Assembly: GCA_051439605.1 (NCBI GenBank) | Contig: JBFRWN010000089.1 | Location: forward strand, 1 to 31,612 | Reading direction: 5' to 3' | DNA: 31,612 bases | Source: Synechococcus sp. | GTDB taxonomy: Bacteria; Cyanobacteriota; Cyanobacteriia; Thermostichales; PCC-7336 | Shown: positions 8,710 through 18,449 of the stretch, piece after piece | Position numbering within the stretch: position 1 is the first letter of the stretch | Layout of the letters: every line of letters starts with the position of its first letter | Translations under genes and position numbers: made by a program | Notes under the pieces: generated by a model | Databases searched by the model: none | Told to the model about the DNA's origin: nothing | What the model saw: the letters and a program-made list of their open reading frames with translations, nothing else

Positions 8710-9759
8710 ATGAAACTTGCGACGACGTTACCGATTCCTCCCCACTTCCGATCGGACCGCGTGGGAGAGGTTTGGCGGGTTCCCTATGCAGAGAGGGCGG
8801 CTGCAGCTGAGGCATGGGCGAAACAGTACGGCATTCTCCCAGCAGCAACCGATCGCGTCCACATTGGCTTGCTGGCGATCGACATCCAGAATACGTTCTG
8901 CATCCCCGATTTTGAACTGTTTATCGGAGGGCGATCGGGAGTTGCCGCAATTGAGGATAATGTCCGACTGTGCGAGTTTATTTACCGCAACTTAGGCAGT
9001 CTTTCCAAAATCATCTTCACGCTCGATACCCACACTGCACTGCAAATTTTTCACCCCATCTTTTGGGTCAACGATCGCGGAGAGCATCCGGCCCCTGCCG
9101 CAACCGTCATTTCCTCGCAGGATGTTCAACAAGGGATTTGGCAGGTTAATCCGGCGATCGCCGCTGATTGGTTTGACGGCGATCGCGCAGCGGCGGACTA
9201 TGCCTTGCATTACGTGCAGACTCTGGAACGTGCAGGTAAATATTCGCTTACGGTGTGGCCCTATCACTCGATGCTGGGGGGAATCGGCCACGCGCTGGTT
9301 TCGGCTGTCGAAGAAGCTGCCTTTTTCCACAGCATTGCTCGACAAAGTTCCACTCAGTTCGAACTGAAAGGGCGACATCCGCTGACCGAGCACTATTCGG
9401 TTTTGCAACCGGAAGTGATGACCGCTGCAGGCGATCGCCCCCTCGCACAAAAGAACGAATTGTTGATTCAGCAATTGCTGGCGTTCGATGCCCTGCTGGT
9501 TGCCGGTCAAGCCAAGAGCCACTGCGTCGTTTGGACGCTAGAGAATCTACTGGCGGAGATTCAAGCCCTCGATCCTCAACTGGCTGAGCGGGTTTACTTG
9601 CTAGAGGACTGCACCTCCCCGGTGATCGTTCCAGAGGTTGTGGATTTCACCCAACAGGCTGATGACGCGTTCGATCGCTTTGCAGCCGCAGGGATGCACG
9701 TCGTGCGTTCCACCGATCCGGTAGACAGTTGGCCAGACTTTCCCCATGAAGGGGGATAG
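8710..9759 (+). CDS. Isochorismatase/cysteine hydrolase family, probable nicotinamidase
   Basis: Asp-Lys-Cys triad motifs IDIQNTF, KG...EHYS and GQAKSHCV; metal ligands TLDTH and WPYH; adjacent to pncB. Confidence 0.82.
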   Translation: MKLATTLPIPPHFRSDRVGEVWRVPYAERAAAAEAWAKQYGILPAATDRVHIGLLAIDIQNTFCIPDFELFIGGRSGVAAIEDNVRLCEFIYRNLGSLSKIIFTLDTHTALQIFHPIFWVNDRGEHPAPAATVISSQDVQQGIWQVNPAIAADWFDGDRAAADYALHYVQTLERAGKYSLTVWPYHSMLGGIGHALVSAVEEAAFFHSIARQSSTQFELKGRHPLTEHYSVLQPEVMTAAGDRPLAQKNELLIQQLLAFDALLVAGQAKSHCVVWTLENLLAEIQALDPQLAERVYLLEDCTSPVIVPEVVDFTQQADDAFDRFAAAGMHVVRSTDPVDSWPDFPHEGG

Positions 9760-9795
9760 TTTTGGAACAGAAGGATTATTGGCTCCACTCTCGCA

Positions 9796-11151
9796 ATGGA
9801 AGATAAAGAACTCATCATCAAGCCCGATGAATACGGCCTGCTGACCGATCAGTACGAACTGACCATGGCCGCCTGTTACGTCGGTGAGAATCTGGATCGA
9901 TCTCGGGCCAGCTTTGAGTTGTTTGTCCGTCACCTTCCAGAAGGATTTGGGTATTTGATTGCCATGGGGTTAGCCCAGGCACTGGACTTTTTGGAAAAGT
10001 TTCGATTTGGTCCCGATCAGATTCAGGTCCTCAAGTCCACCGGTCTGTTCGATCGCGCCCCCGACCGCTTCTGGTCGCTGTTAGCCGAAGCGAAATTCTG
10101 TGGCGATGTGTGGGCCGTCCCGGAAGGCACCGCCGTGTTTGTCAACGAACCGCTATTGCGGGTGGAAGCGCCTTTCTGGCAAGCACAAATCGTAGAGACG
10201 TATTTGCTCAACACCATCAACTACCAAACCACGATTGCCACCCGCGCAGCCCGTCTGAGGGATGCTGCTGGTCCAGACGCCACCATCCTGGAATTTGGCA
10301 CCCGTCGGGCATTTAGTCCCCAAGCCTCCATTTGGGCAGCTCGGGCAGCGCTGGCGGCTGGTTTGGACGCCACCTCTAATGTTTTGGCGGCGTTGAAGCT
10401 CGGTCGCAAGCCGGCAGGCACGATGGCCCATTCTCTGGTGATGGGTCTCGATGCGAAGGAAGGCAGTGAAATGGAAGCTTTTAAGGCCTTCCATCGCTAC
10501 TTTCCCGGTGCCACCTTGTTGATCGATACCTATGACACCGTTGCTGCAGCCCGGGACTTGGCTCTGCAGATCGAAGCGGGTGAGATGAGCGTCAAGGGGG
10601 TCAGGCTAGATTCCGGGGACTTGGCCGCTTTGTCTCAACAGGTGCGCTCCCTATTACCGGAGGTGTCTATTTTTGCTAGCGGTGATTTAAACGAATGGAA
10701 AATTGCCGAACTGCGAGCTGATGGAGCAGACATTGACGGTTACGGAGTAGGAACCTGTTTGGTGACTGGCTCCCCCGTGAATGGGGTGTACAAGCTAGTA
10801 GAGATCGACGACATTCCCGTTATGAAAGAGTCCAAAGGGAAAGCGACATATCCCTCCTGTAAGCAAATTTTTCGCCGCATCGACAATGGCAGGTTGGGTG
10901 TAGATCGCTTGGGGCTCCAGTCCGAATCTGCTCGACCAGGGGAACATCCCCTAATGGAGCGATGGATTGAGGCAGGAAAGTGTGTCAAATCCCCCGAAAC
11001 GCTGGAAGAGATAGCCCGCAGAACCGCAATGTCCGTTGCTCAACTCCCCGAGACGGTGCGCAGGGTCGATCGCCCCGTTCCGCTCTCCCCTGAGATTTCC
11101 GAGCAGCTACAGAGTATGACTCAACAGACGCAGCAGAGGAGAAAAAGGTAG
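9796..11151 (+). CDS. pncB: Nicotinate phosphoribosyltransferase
   Basis: LLTDQYELTM, EFGTRR, ATSNV, GTMAHS (phospho-His), LIDTYD, VRLDSGD, ASGDL and VYKLV. Confidence 0.95.
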   Translation: MEDKELIIKPDEYGLLTDQYELTMAACYVGENLDRSRASFELFVRHLPEGFGYLIAMGLAQALDFLEKFRFGPDQIQVLKSTGLFDRAPDRFWSLLAEAKFCGDVWAVPEGTAVFVNEPLLRVEAPFWQAQIVETYLLNTINYQTTIATRAARLRDAAGPDATILEFGTRRAFSPQASIWAARAALAAGLDATSNVLAALKLGRKPAGTMAHSLVMGLDAKEGSEMEAFKAFHRYFPGATLLIDTYDTVAAARDLALQIEAGEMSVKGVRLDSGDLAALSQQVRSLLPEVSIFASGDLNEWKIAELRADGADIDGYGVGTCLVTGSPVNGVYKLVEIDDIPVMKESKGKATYPSCKQIFRRIDNGRLGVDRLGLQSESARPGEHPLMERWIEAGKCVKSPETLEEIARRTAMSVAQLPETVRRVDRPVPLSPEISEQLQSMTQQTQQRRKR

Positions 11152-11313
11152 TGTATTTTACGGATATATGAGGATTACCTATGCAATTAGATATAAATTG
11201 TGCTTTCTAGAACGCTTTTCTGGTTCGTACTTTATATTCCTGAATAAGCTCGCTGGAACTGCCTCGTTTGCAGCGGAGTGCAATTTCCAGTTGAAATCGA
11301 TGTGTGTGCTGAT

Positions 11314-12282
11314 ATGCAGCTCAGTGTCATCATTTGCACCCGTAACAGGGCGGAGAAATTGGAGCGTTTACTCCAATCGATCGCCGATTGCGATCGCCCC
11401 ACGACCGATCGGCAATGGGAGGCGATCGTCGTGGACAACGGATCTAGCGATCGTACCTGCGAGATCGCAACCGCTTTTCAGGCATCACTTCCCGTACGCA
11501 TCGTCAAAGAAGAGCGGGCCGGTTTGTCGCATGCTCGCAATTGCGGTGTGGAAGTTGCTCGGGGTGAATGGCTGGTGTGGACCGACGATGACGTCACGGT
11601 CGGGTCAAACTGGTTGATTGCGTATTTCAACGCGATCGACACCTATCCCGACGCCCACATTTTCGGAGGCCCGATTGCCGTTCATTTTGAAGGGACTCCG
11701 CCAGCTTGGTTGGTGCGCGGGCTGGCTCATGTCCGGTCGGCTTACGCTGGGCTAGAACCCGGTGATGTTGGGATTAAACTGAGTGCAAATTCCGGGCTGC
11801 CCTACGGTGCAAATTTCGCGTTACGGCGATCGACTGCCCAGCAGTATCCCTTTAATTCCCGTCTCGGCCGCCACCCAGATCGACCCACCCGGAGTAATGA
11901 AGAAACCTCGGTCATGCGGGATATTCTCCATGCAGGAGGCAGTGGGCACTGGTTACCAGAAGCCAGGGTTTTGCACCACATTGATTCAACTCGCCAAACC
12001 AGTGCCTACCTGCGGTCTTACTATGTCGAGGCGGCCTTCATGAATACCCTTGACCGATCCAGCCGAATGAACAGCCTGGTCGTAGCCAAAAATCTGGCAT
12101 ACGCCCTCAGTCGGGTGGCAATCGTTAACGTCAACCATCTGGCGGCGATCGCCAGCTCAGATGATTCCCATCGTACGGTTCGAGTGCGTGCGACTGCCTT
12201 ACCCTGGGGACGGGCAATGGGCTATTTAGCAATGCTGTTGCATCGTCTGCGTCACACGCAGGAGGATTGTTTGCCGTTATGA
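11314..12282 (+). CDS. Glycosyltransferase family 2
   Basis: LSVIICTRNR, VVDNGSSD, GLSHARN, WTDDD (DxD) and GANFA; ATG 11314 preferred. Confidence 0.92.
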   Translation: MQLSVIICTRNRAEKLERLLQSIADCDRPTTDRQWEAIVVDNGSSDRTCEIATAFQASLPVRIVKEERAGLSHARNCGVEVARGEWLVWTDDDVTVGSNWLIAYFNAIDTYPDAHIFGGPIAVHFEGTPPAWLVRGLAHVRSAYAGLEPGDVGIKLSANSGLPYGANFALRRSTAQQYPFNSRLGRHPDRPTRSNEETSVMRDILHAGGSGHWLPEARVLHHIDSTRQTSAYLRSYYVEAAFMNTLDRSSRMNSLVVAKNLAYALSRVAIVNVNHLAAIASSDDSHRTVRVRATALPWGRAMGYLAMLLHRLRHTQEDCLPL

Positions 12283-13922
12283 ACAAGCGCTTGCTTGTCA
12301 TTGGGCTCGATGGTTTCGAGACAACCATTGCGGAACGTCTGATTGCCGAAGGGCGGATGCCCAATCTCGCCAAGACGATGGTTCGCGCTGCCCGTGCGAA
12401 TCTCGATCACGGATCGGCCAAGCGCACGGGGCTTGCATGGGAGCACTTTGCGACCGGGCTGTCACCGGCTGGAGCAAAACGTTGGTCGGCGGTCACCTTC
12501 GACCCCGAGGACTACCGCTGTTGGCAGGAACTCACCAGAATGACGCCGTTCCCAGCAGGGCTTGACGTTGACACAGTTGTTTTCGATGCGCCTTACTTCG
12601 ATCTGCGCAAGGCGAAGAACGTCCGCGGTTTGGTCAGTTGGGGGGCCCACGACCCCGGTACTCCCCAGACCGCCAATCCGTCTTCACTCCTCAAGGAGAT
12701 CCGCAGTCGGTTCGGTCCCTACCCTGCAAAGCCTTGGATCTATGGCTATACGTGGGCCAGTGCTTCCCGCACGCAAACTATGGGTGAGGCCCTCGTTGCT
12801 GCCACCAAGCAGCGGGGGGGAATTACCCGCTGGTTGCTCGGCGAACGCTTTCCAGATTGGTCTCTCGGTATCGTTGTTGTCAGCGAGCTCCATTCGGCAG
12901 TTGAGGCATTGTGGCACGGGTTGGATGGGTCGCACCCCCTCTACAGCATGCCGTCTGCGGCACCGGCCCGGCGCGGGCTCGAAGCCGTATACGAATCCGT
13001 CGACGAGCTGATTGGCTTACTGATCGAGAGTTTTCCGGACAGTTCTCACCTGTTAGTTTCCCTGCACGGCATGGGGCCGAACGAATCGGATATCCCGAGC
13101 ATGGCCCTACTCCCAGAGTTTCTCTACCGGCGAGCCTTTGGCAAGCCTCTAATGAAGCAGACTGCGGACGACCCGTGCCAGCTGCTAGCGGTGGGTGAAG
13201 AGGAAAACTGGACTGCCCATGTTAAGGCGCAGATGCTAGACGGAGTTTACCAGGATAACCAATCCCGCACGGGGCTCCTGCCCAAGCCAGTGCAGCGCAG
13301 AGCAAAGGCCTTGATGAACCTGTTCCGAAAAGACTGCGAGGCAGGCAGAACTTCCTACCTTCGTTGGATGCCAGCCAGCTGGTATTCGTCTTACTGGCCA
13401 CAGATGCAGGCGTTCGCTATGCCATCGTTCTACGACGGTCAAATCCGACTCAACGTCAAGGGTCGCGAGGCTAAAGGGCTGGTTGACGTCGATGATTACG
13501 ACACTGTCTGTCAAGACATCGCTGCAACGCTGAGCGCCTGCATCGATCCGAGCACCGGTCTGAGCGTGGTCGACGAAGTCATTTTTACGCACCCGGGTGC
13601 ACCGATGGCAGTTACGGACACCGAGGCCGACATCATTGTTTTGTGGCAAGGTTCTCCCCTCGCACTGCAACCGCCCGGTGCGGATGTTATTGGCCCGATC
13701 GCCTATCGCCGGCCAGGGGGGCATACCGGCGGTTACGGTCTATCGCTATGGCTGGGGGAGGACATAGTCCCGGGGGAATACGGACTTCACTCCGCTTTTG
13801 ACGTGGTGCCAACCCTTGTCGATTACCTTGACGGCACTATAAACCCTGCATGGGACGGACAGAGTTTTCTCTCGGAGTTGACATCCGAGAGCGGATTGCA
13901 AGTCAAGGCAGCGCACGATTAG
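12279..13922 (+). CDS. Alkaline phosphatase superfamily / type I phosphodiesterase-nucleotide pyrophosphatase-like protein
   Basis: LLVIGLDG, GRMPNL, W..FATG, VSLHGM, IRLNVKGRE, GGH and FDVVPT motifs; ATGA overlap with the GT2 stop. Confidence 0.85.
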   Translation: MNKRLLVIGLDGFETTIAERLIAEGRMPNLAKTMVRAARANLDHGSAKRTGLAWEHFATGLSPAGAKRWSAVTFDPEDYRCWQELTRMTPFPAGLDVDTVVFDAPYFDLRKAKNVRGLVSWGAHDPGTPQTANPSSLLKEIRSRFGPYPAKPWIYGYTWASASRTQTMGEALVAATKQRGGITRWLLGERFPDWSLGIVVVSELHSAVEALWHGLDGSHPLYSMPSAAPARRGLEAVYESVDELIGLLIESFPDSSHLLVSLHGMGPNESDIPSMALLPEFLYRRAFGKPLMKQTADDPCQLLAVGEEENWTAHVKAQMLDGVYQDNQSRTGLLPKPVQRRAKALMNLFRKDCEAGRTSYLRWMPASWYSSYWPQMQAFAMPSFYDGQIRLNVKGREAKGLVDVDDYDTVCQDIAATLSACIDPSTGLSVVDEVIFTHPGAPMAVTDTEADIIVLWQGSPLALQPPGADVIGPIAYRRPGGHTGGYGLSLWLGEDIVPGEYGLHSAFDVVPTLVDYLDGTINPAWDGQSFLSELTSESGLQVKAAHD

Positions 13923-13925
13923 ATT

Positions 13926-16292
13926 TCAAGCGGTTAACGAAGTCGGTTGCTTTGCCGGATGGAGCACAACGGGTAAGACTTCGTCTACGTGCTCCACGAA
14001 GATGAATTGGAGCTGCGATCGCGCCGATTCCGATACCTCCCGCAAGTCCCGCTCGTTCTGTTTCGGTAGGATAACTGTTTGAATACCGACCCGCTGGGCG
14101 GCTAGTACTTTTTCCTTAATGCCTCCCACCGGCAGAACTCGACCGCGCAAGGCGATTTCCCCCGTCATGGCGACTTGTTTGCTCGCGCAGCGCTCCGTCA
14201 GTGCCGAGATTAGGGCTACGGTCATGGCAATTCCGGCCGAAGGACCATCCTTAGGGACAGCACCTGCCGGGACGTGAATGTGTACGTCGCTGGTTTGGTA
14301 GAAGTCTTTCGGTAGCCCCAAGCTGGCCGCCCGCGATCGCGCGTAGGTCAGCGCTGCTTTGGCGGACTCTTTCATGACATCCCCCAAATGGCCCGTCAGG
14401 GTCAATTTGCCCTCCCCTGGGATAACGGCCGCCTCAACGGACAGAATTTCGCCTCCGACTGGCGTCCACGCTAACCCGATGGAGACTCCGACTTCGTCTT
14501 TACCCAACGGCAAGTCACTCCGATAGGTACCCGGTTCGATCAAGTCATCCAGATCGTCAGCTTTGACAGTAAAGGGACCGGGGTCGCCTTCTGCTACGCG
14601 ACAGGCCATTTTGCGACAGATGGAACCAATTTGGCGCTCCAGATTGCGCACCCCCGCTTCGCGCGTGTATTCCCTGATGAGGCGTTTCAGGATTGTGTCA
14701 TCCAGAGCCAGCTGATTCTCCTTCAAGCCACTCTCGTTCAGCTGGCGCGGCATCAGGTAGCGATGGGCGATGTTCAGTTTCTCTTCCTCGGTGTACCCCG
14801 GCAGGTGCAGGACTTCCATGCGATCGAGTAGGGCGGGGGGAATCGTGTCGCTGACGTTGGCGGTACAGATAAACATCACCTGCCTCAAGTTAAACGATAC
14901 GTCCAGGTAGCGATCGAGGAATGCGTGGTTCTGTTCCGGATCCAACACCTCCAATAGGGCGGCGGCGGGATCCCCCTGAAACCCCACCATCAGCTTGTCA
15001 ACCTCGTCCAGCATAAAGACGGGATTGTTAGAGCCCGCTTGCCGCAGTAGCTGGAGAATTCGGCCGGGAAGGGCTCCGACGTAGGTGCGGCGATGGCCGC
15101 GAATTTCGGCTTCGTCGCGCACTCCCCCCAGCGAAAGGCGGACGAACTTGCGACTTAACGTGCGAGCGATCGATTGACCCACGCTGGTTTTACCCACCCC
15201 CGGTGGCCCCACAAAACACAGGATGGGTCCTTTTGCTTCGGGCTGCAGCTTGCGCACCGCCAAGTACTCGATAATGCGCTGTTTGACTTTGTCCAGATCG
15301 TAGTGGTCCTCATCCAGCACTTGGCGAGCACGGGCAAGGTCGAGGTTATCGTCCGTACTGATATTCCACGGTAGGTCGATCAGCCAGTCGAGATAGGTAT
15401 GCGACACGCTATACTCTGGCGATGCAGTGTGCATGTTGGCCAAGCGTTTCAACTCCCGATCGGCTTCCGTGCGGGCCTCATCCGGTAGTTGTGCCTCCTC
15501 CAATTTCTGGCGGAGTTTGGCAATTTCCGACTCTTGCTCGTCCCCTTCCCCCAATTCCTGCCGGATCTTTTCCAGTTGCTTGCGCAAGACATACTCCCGC
15601 TGGGTTTGAGAGATGTCTTCCTGAGCTTTGCGGGCGACTTCCAAAATTTCCTTCTCGCGATTGAGGATGGCAATCACGTCCCGCAGTCGTTCGGCAATAT
15701 CGAGGGTATCCAGAATTCGCTGCTCCTCCTTCGCTTTCAAACCCAACGTTGCTGCAATGGAGTCGGCCATCATGCCCGCATTGGGGACCTCCGCCAGGGC
15801 TTTGACGAGGTCGTCCGAAAGATAGGGGGCGAGGTCAACTACCTCTGTGAACAGCACTAATGCCGAACGCGACAGACCCTCCAATTCGACAGTGGTTTCG
15901 ATCGCGTTTTCGAATACTTCCATGTGAGCCAAGGGATAGGGCTCGGTTTGTGACAGTTGCCGAATTTGCACGCGAGCCAGTCCTTGCACAAACAGATGAA
16001 GACTTCCATCTGGCAGGCGTGACATGCGTAGAATTTGCGTGGCAGTTCCCGTTTTGCCGAGAGAGAGTAAATCAAAGCTGTTCTCGGGACCGTCGTAGTG
16101 AAATAAAGCAATGACTTTGTGGTGCAGGAGCACCTCTTCCACCATCTTCACCCAGCGCTCTCCCCGTACGACGAGAGCGGGCAGTGTCATGAATGGAAAA
16201 ACAACCACCTTGCGGATCGGGAGAATCGGCAGTTGTTCCGGCACCTCGGAGGTGGATTGACTCGCCTCGGAGAAGGTGGTGACGTAAGTCAT
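13926..16292 (-). CDS. lon: ATP-dependent Lon protease (LonA)
   Basis: N-terminal LON domain, DHYDL, Walker [25 protein letters not shown], and the catalytic dyad PKDGPSAG / GGIKEK. Confidence 0.98.
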   Translation of the reverse strand: MTYVTTFSEASQSTSEVPEQLPILPIRKVVVFPFMTLPALVVRGERWVKMVEEVLLHHKVIALFHYDGPENSFDLLSLGKTGTATQILRMSRLPDGSLHLFVQGLARVQIRQLSQTEPYPLAHMEVFENAIETTVELEGLSRSALVLFTEVVDLAPYLSDDLVKALAEVPNAGMMADSIAATLGLKAKEEQRILDTLDIAERLRDVIAILNREKEILEVARKAQEDISQTQREYVLRKQLEKIRQELGEGDEQESEIAKLRQKLEEAQLPDEARTEADRELKRLANMHTASPEYSVSHTYLDWLIDLPWNISTDDNLDLARARQVLDEDHYDLDKVKQRIIEYLAVRKLQPEAKGPILCFVGPPGVGKTSVGQSIARTLSRKFVRLSLGGVRDEAEIRGHRRTYVGALPGRILQLLRQAGSNNPVFMLDEVDKLMVGFQGDPAAALLEVLDPEQNHAFLDRYLDVSFNLRQVMFICTANVSDTIPPALLDRMEVLHLPGYTEEEKLNIAHRYLMPRQLNESGLKENQLALDDTILKRLIREYTREAGVRNLERQIGSICRKMACRVAEGDPGPFTVKADDLDDLIEPGTYRSDLPLGKDEVGVSIGLAWTPVGGEILSVEAAVIPGEGKLTLTGHLGDVMKESAKAALTYARSRAASLGLPKDFYQTSDVHIHVPAGAVPKDGPSAGIAMTVALISALTERCASKQVAMTGEIALRGRVLPVGGIKEKVLAAQRVGIQTVILPKQNERDLREVSESARSQLQFIFVEHVDEVLPVVLHPAKQPTSLTA

Positions 16293-16294
16293 GG

Positions 16295-16765
16295 TTATTC
16301 TCCTTCTCGAACGAGGATGCGAATGGGGCCTTGCTGGCGATCGCCGCTAGCCCTCTTGGGAAACGTCACCTCCAATAGACCTGCACAATAGCGGGTGGCT
16401 GCTGCTTCTAGATCGAGACCGGATGGCAGCGCAACTTCGACAGAAAAGGGACCGGACCAAATTTCTATTTGATGGATCCTGCAGACTTTTTCGGGCAAGA
16501 TGCCGGCTCGCTGCCCTTGAATGACGAGCTGACCTGGCTGCAGTTGAAGGGTGATGTCTTCGGGAGTCAGTCCTGCTAGCTCTGCTAACACGACAAAGGT
16601 GTCATCGGTTTCGTAGACATCAAGGGCCGGCCTACAGGGGGCCGTACACAGCGCTGACTGAAGATGCCGAGAATTGGAAATTGCTTGCATCCGATCCATC
16701 CACCGATCGACCGAGCGGTTCCACTCCTCAACGCGATCGAAAAGACTGTCCCACTGTTGGTTCAT
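16295..16765 (-). CDS. Hsp20/alpha-crystallin small heat shock protein
   Basis: PALDVYET, AELAGL, LVIQGQR, GPF and A.Y.AGLLEVTFPK motifs; AGGAG RBS. Confidence 0.9.
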   Translation of the reverse strand: MNQQWDSLFDRVEEWNRSVDRWMDRMQAISNSRHLQSALCTAPCRPALDVYETDDTFVVLAELAGLTPEDITLQLQPGQLVIQGQRAGILPEKVCRIHQIEIWSGPFSVEVALPSGLDLEAAATRYCAGLLEVTFPKRASGDRQQGPIRILVREGE

Positions 16766-16770
16766 GGTTG

Positions 16771-16795
16771 ACTCCTGAAGCCGATCTCAAGAAGT
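16771..16795 (-). promoter_or_regulatory. RBS-occluding hairpin, candidate RNA thermometer of hsp20
   Basis: The minus strand reads ACTTCTTGA-GATCGGCT-TCAGGAGT-CAACC-ATG; the 5' arm pairs imperfectly with the AGGAG RBS. Confidence 0.5.
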
Positions 16796-16850
16796 ATGCG
16801 ATGGGAGGTATGTCGAGATTCGCCTGTCACAAGCCAATCTCACCCGATCG

Positions 16851-18059
16851 CTAGCGGCCCGCGTCGAGCAGTTCCCCCGGACGCACGGAAATTTGCTGGG
16901 AGAGATCGCCCCTCTGGACTTCAAACATCAGGGGTTCTCCAATCTCGCTGTTCTCTACTAAAGTTTGCAATTGTTCGCTATCGACGATCTCTGTCCCTTC
17001 GATGTCCGTCACTACGTCCCCCCTGCGCAAACCAGCCTTTGCAGCGGGGCTATCGGGGACCACTTGCACCACCAACACCCCATTGATTTCCGGAAGCAGA
17101 TAGGGAGAGTTGGGATCGTCGTTGTAAGTTTTGGCCAGTTCGGGGGTCAGCGTCAGCATGCGAATACCGATATAGGGGTGGGGAATCGTTTCCCCGCGGG
17201 CTAGTCGGTCTTGAATTGCTTTGGCCCGATCGATCGGAATCGCAAAGTTAATTCCTTCAGCACCGGGGCGAATGGCTGTATTGATGCCAATCACCTCCCC
17301 TCGATCGTTGAGCAGCGGCCCTCCGGAGTTACCCGGATTGATGGCTGCATCGGTTTGCAGGAAGTCTAGGCGCTTATCGGGGATGCCAACTTGGGCGCTA
17401 GAGCGACTGAGGGCACTGATGATGCCGAGAGAAACCGTGTTGTCCAAGCCCAACGGATTACCAACAGCGATCGCCCAATCCCCCACCTGCAGTTCGCTGG
17501 AGCTTCCCAAAGGGGCCACCGGCAGATTGCTGCCCTCAATTTTGACCACGGCTAGATCTGAGGGGTCGTCAATTCCTCGCACCTCACCGCGTAACGTGCG
17601 TCCATCCCTCAGGTTGACGGTCACCATCTCTGCCCCGCTGACCACGTGGGCGTTGGTCAGAATAATGCCGCTGCGATCGACAATGAAGCCCGAGCCTTGT
17701 CCTCTGACGCGACGTTCTCGGGGCAAGTCCGGGAAGGCATCCTCGCCGAAAAAGCGACGGAAGAAGGGGTCATCGAAGAAAGGATTGGGTGCCGTGGTGA
17801 CGGTGCGTTCGGTGTCAATCCGAACGACGGCGGCTCCTACGCGATTGACCGCAGCGGTGACAAAGTTGCGGGAATTGTTCGGGAAGTCTTGCGTTCTGTC
17901 CACTACTGCTGGGATTTCAGCAATGTGCCCGGGACCAGGAAAGGGGAGCCTGACTCCGGGAAATATTTGCGGGACACCCAAAATAATGGCAATGACCACC
18001 GCAACGGTCATGGCGAGAGTACTCAGGGGTATCAAATATCTCTCTTGAGAAGAAGACAT
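16851..18059 (-). CDS. HtrA/DegQ (HhoA/HhoB-type) serine protease with PDZ domain
   Basis: N-terminal membrane anchor, GSGFI, LTNAHVV, DLAV, QTDAAINPGNSGGPL and a C-terminal PDZ. Confidence 0.96.
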   Translation of the reverse strand: MSSSQERYLIPLSTLAMTVAVVIAIILGVPQIFPGVRLPFPGPGHIAEIPAVVDRTQDFPNNSRNFVTAAVNRVGAAVVRIDTERTVTTAPNPFFDDPFFRRFFGEDAFPDLPRERRVRGQGSGFIVDRSGIILTNAHVVSGAEMVTVNLRDGRTLRGEVRGIDDPSDLAVVKIEGSNLPVAPLGSSSELQVGDWAIAVGNPLGLDNTVSLGIISALSRSSAQVGIPDKRLDFLQTDAAINPGNSGGPLLNDRGEVIGINTAIRPGAEGINFAIPIDRAKAIQDRLARGETIPHPYIGIRMLTLTPELAKTYNDDPNSPYLLPEINGVLVVQVVPDSPAAKAGLRRGDVVTDIEGTEIVDSEQLQTLVENSEIGEPLMFEVQRGDLSQQISVRPGELLDAGR

Positions 18060-18107
18060 TCATTTGTCCTCCCGTTCAATCAAAGCAGGAACTGAACAAG
18101 AACCTGA

Positions 18108-18338
18108 TTATTTCCGCATCCGGTAGGTAATCCGTCCTCGGGTCAAATCGTAAGGAGATAACTCTACCTTGACGCGATCGCCAGGCAGAATTTTGATGTA
18201 GTGGCGCCGAATCTTACCGGAAATATGGGCTAAGACATTGACACCGTTGTCCAGATCGACTCTAAACATGGCATTCGGCAGAGACTCTGTTACGAGTCCT
18301 TCCATTTCAATTGCATTTTCCTTGGTTGAACTAGCCAT
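18108..18338 (-). CDS. infA: Translation initiation factor IF-1
   Basis: [18 protein letters not shown]...[37 protein letters not shown]. Confidence 0.97.
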   Translation of the reverse strand: MASSTKENAIEMEGLVTESLPNAMFRVDLDNGVNVLAHISGKIRRHYIKILPGDRVKVELSPYDLTRGRITYRMRK

Positions 18339-18449
18339 CGACTCCGTACCTTCCTGATTAGGATTGTTGAACGATTAATATTTGGTTCAAAACCATAGTC
18401 TCATTTGTACACCTGAAAAGTCTTCCTCCTTAGCGAGCAGTAAAGTGAA

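Noticed and set aside
17221..18048. Long antisense or alternative-frame ORFs (e.g. 275 aa opposite htrA, 233 aa within prs, 240 aa over ybdK)
   Set aside because: Shadow frames of well-supported genes with no recognisable motifs
18313..18375. Glutamine (glnA) riboswitch-like words ATCGTTCA...ACGGAGT...AAGGAA upstream of infA
   Set aside because: The CGGAAGT and GAACG elements needed for the core and P1 are missing, and the 3' part is coding sequence
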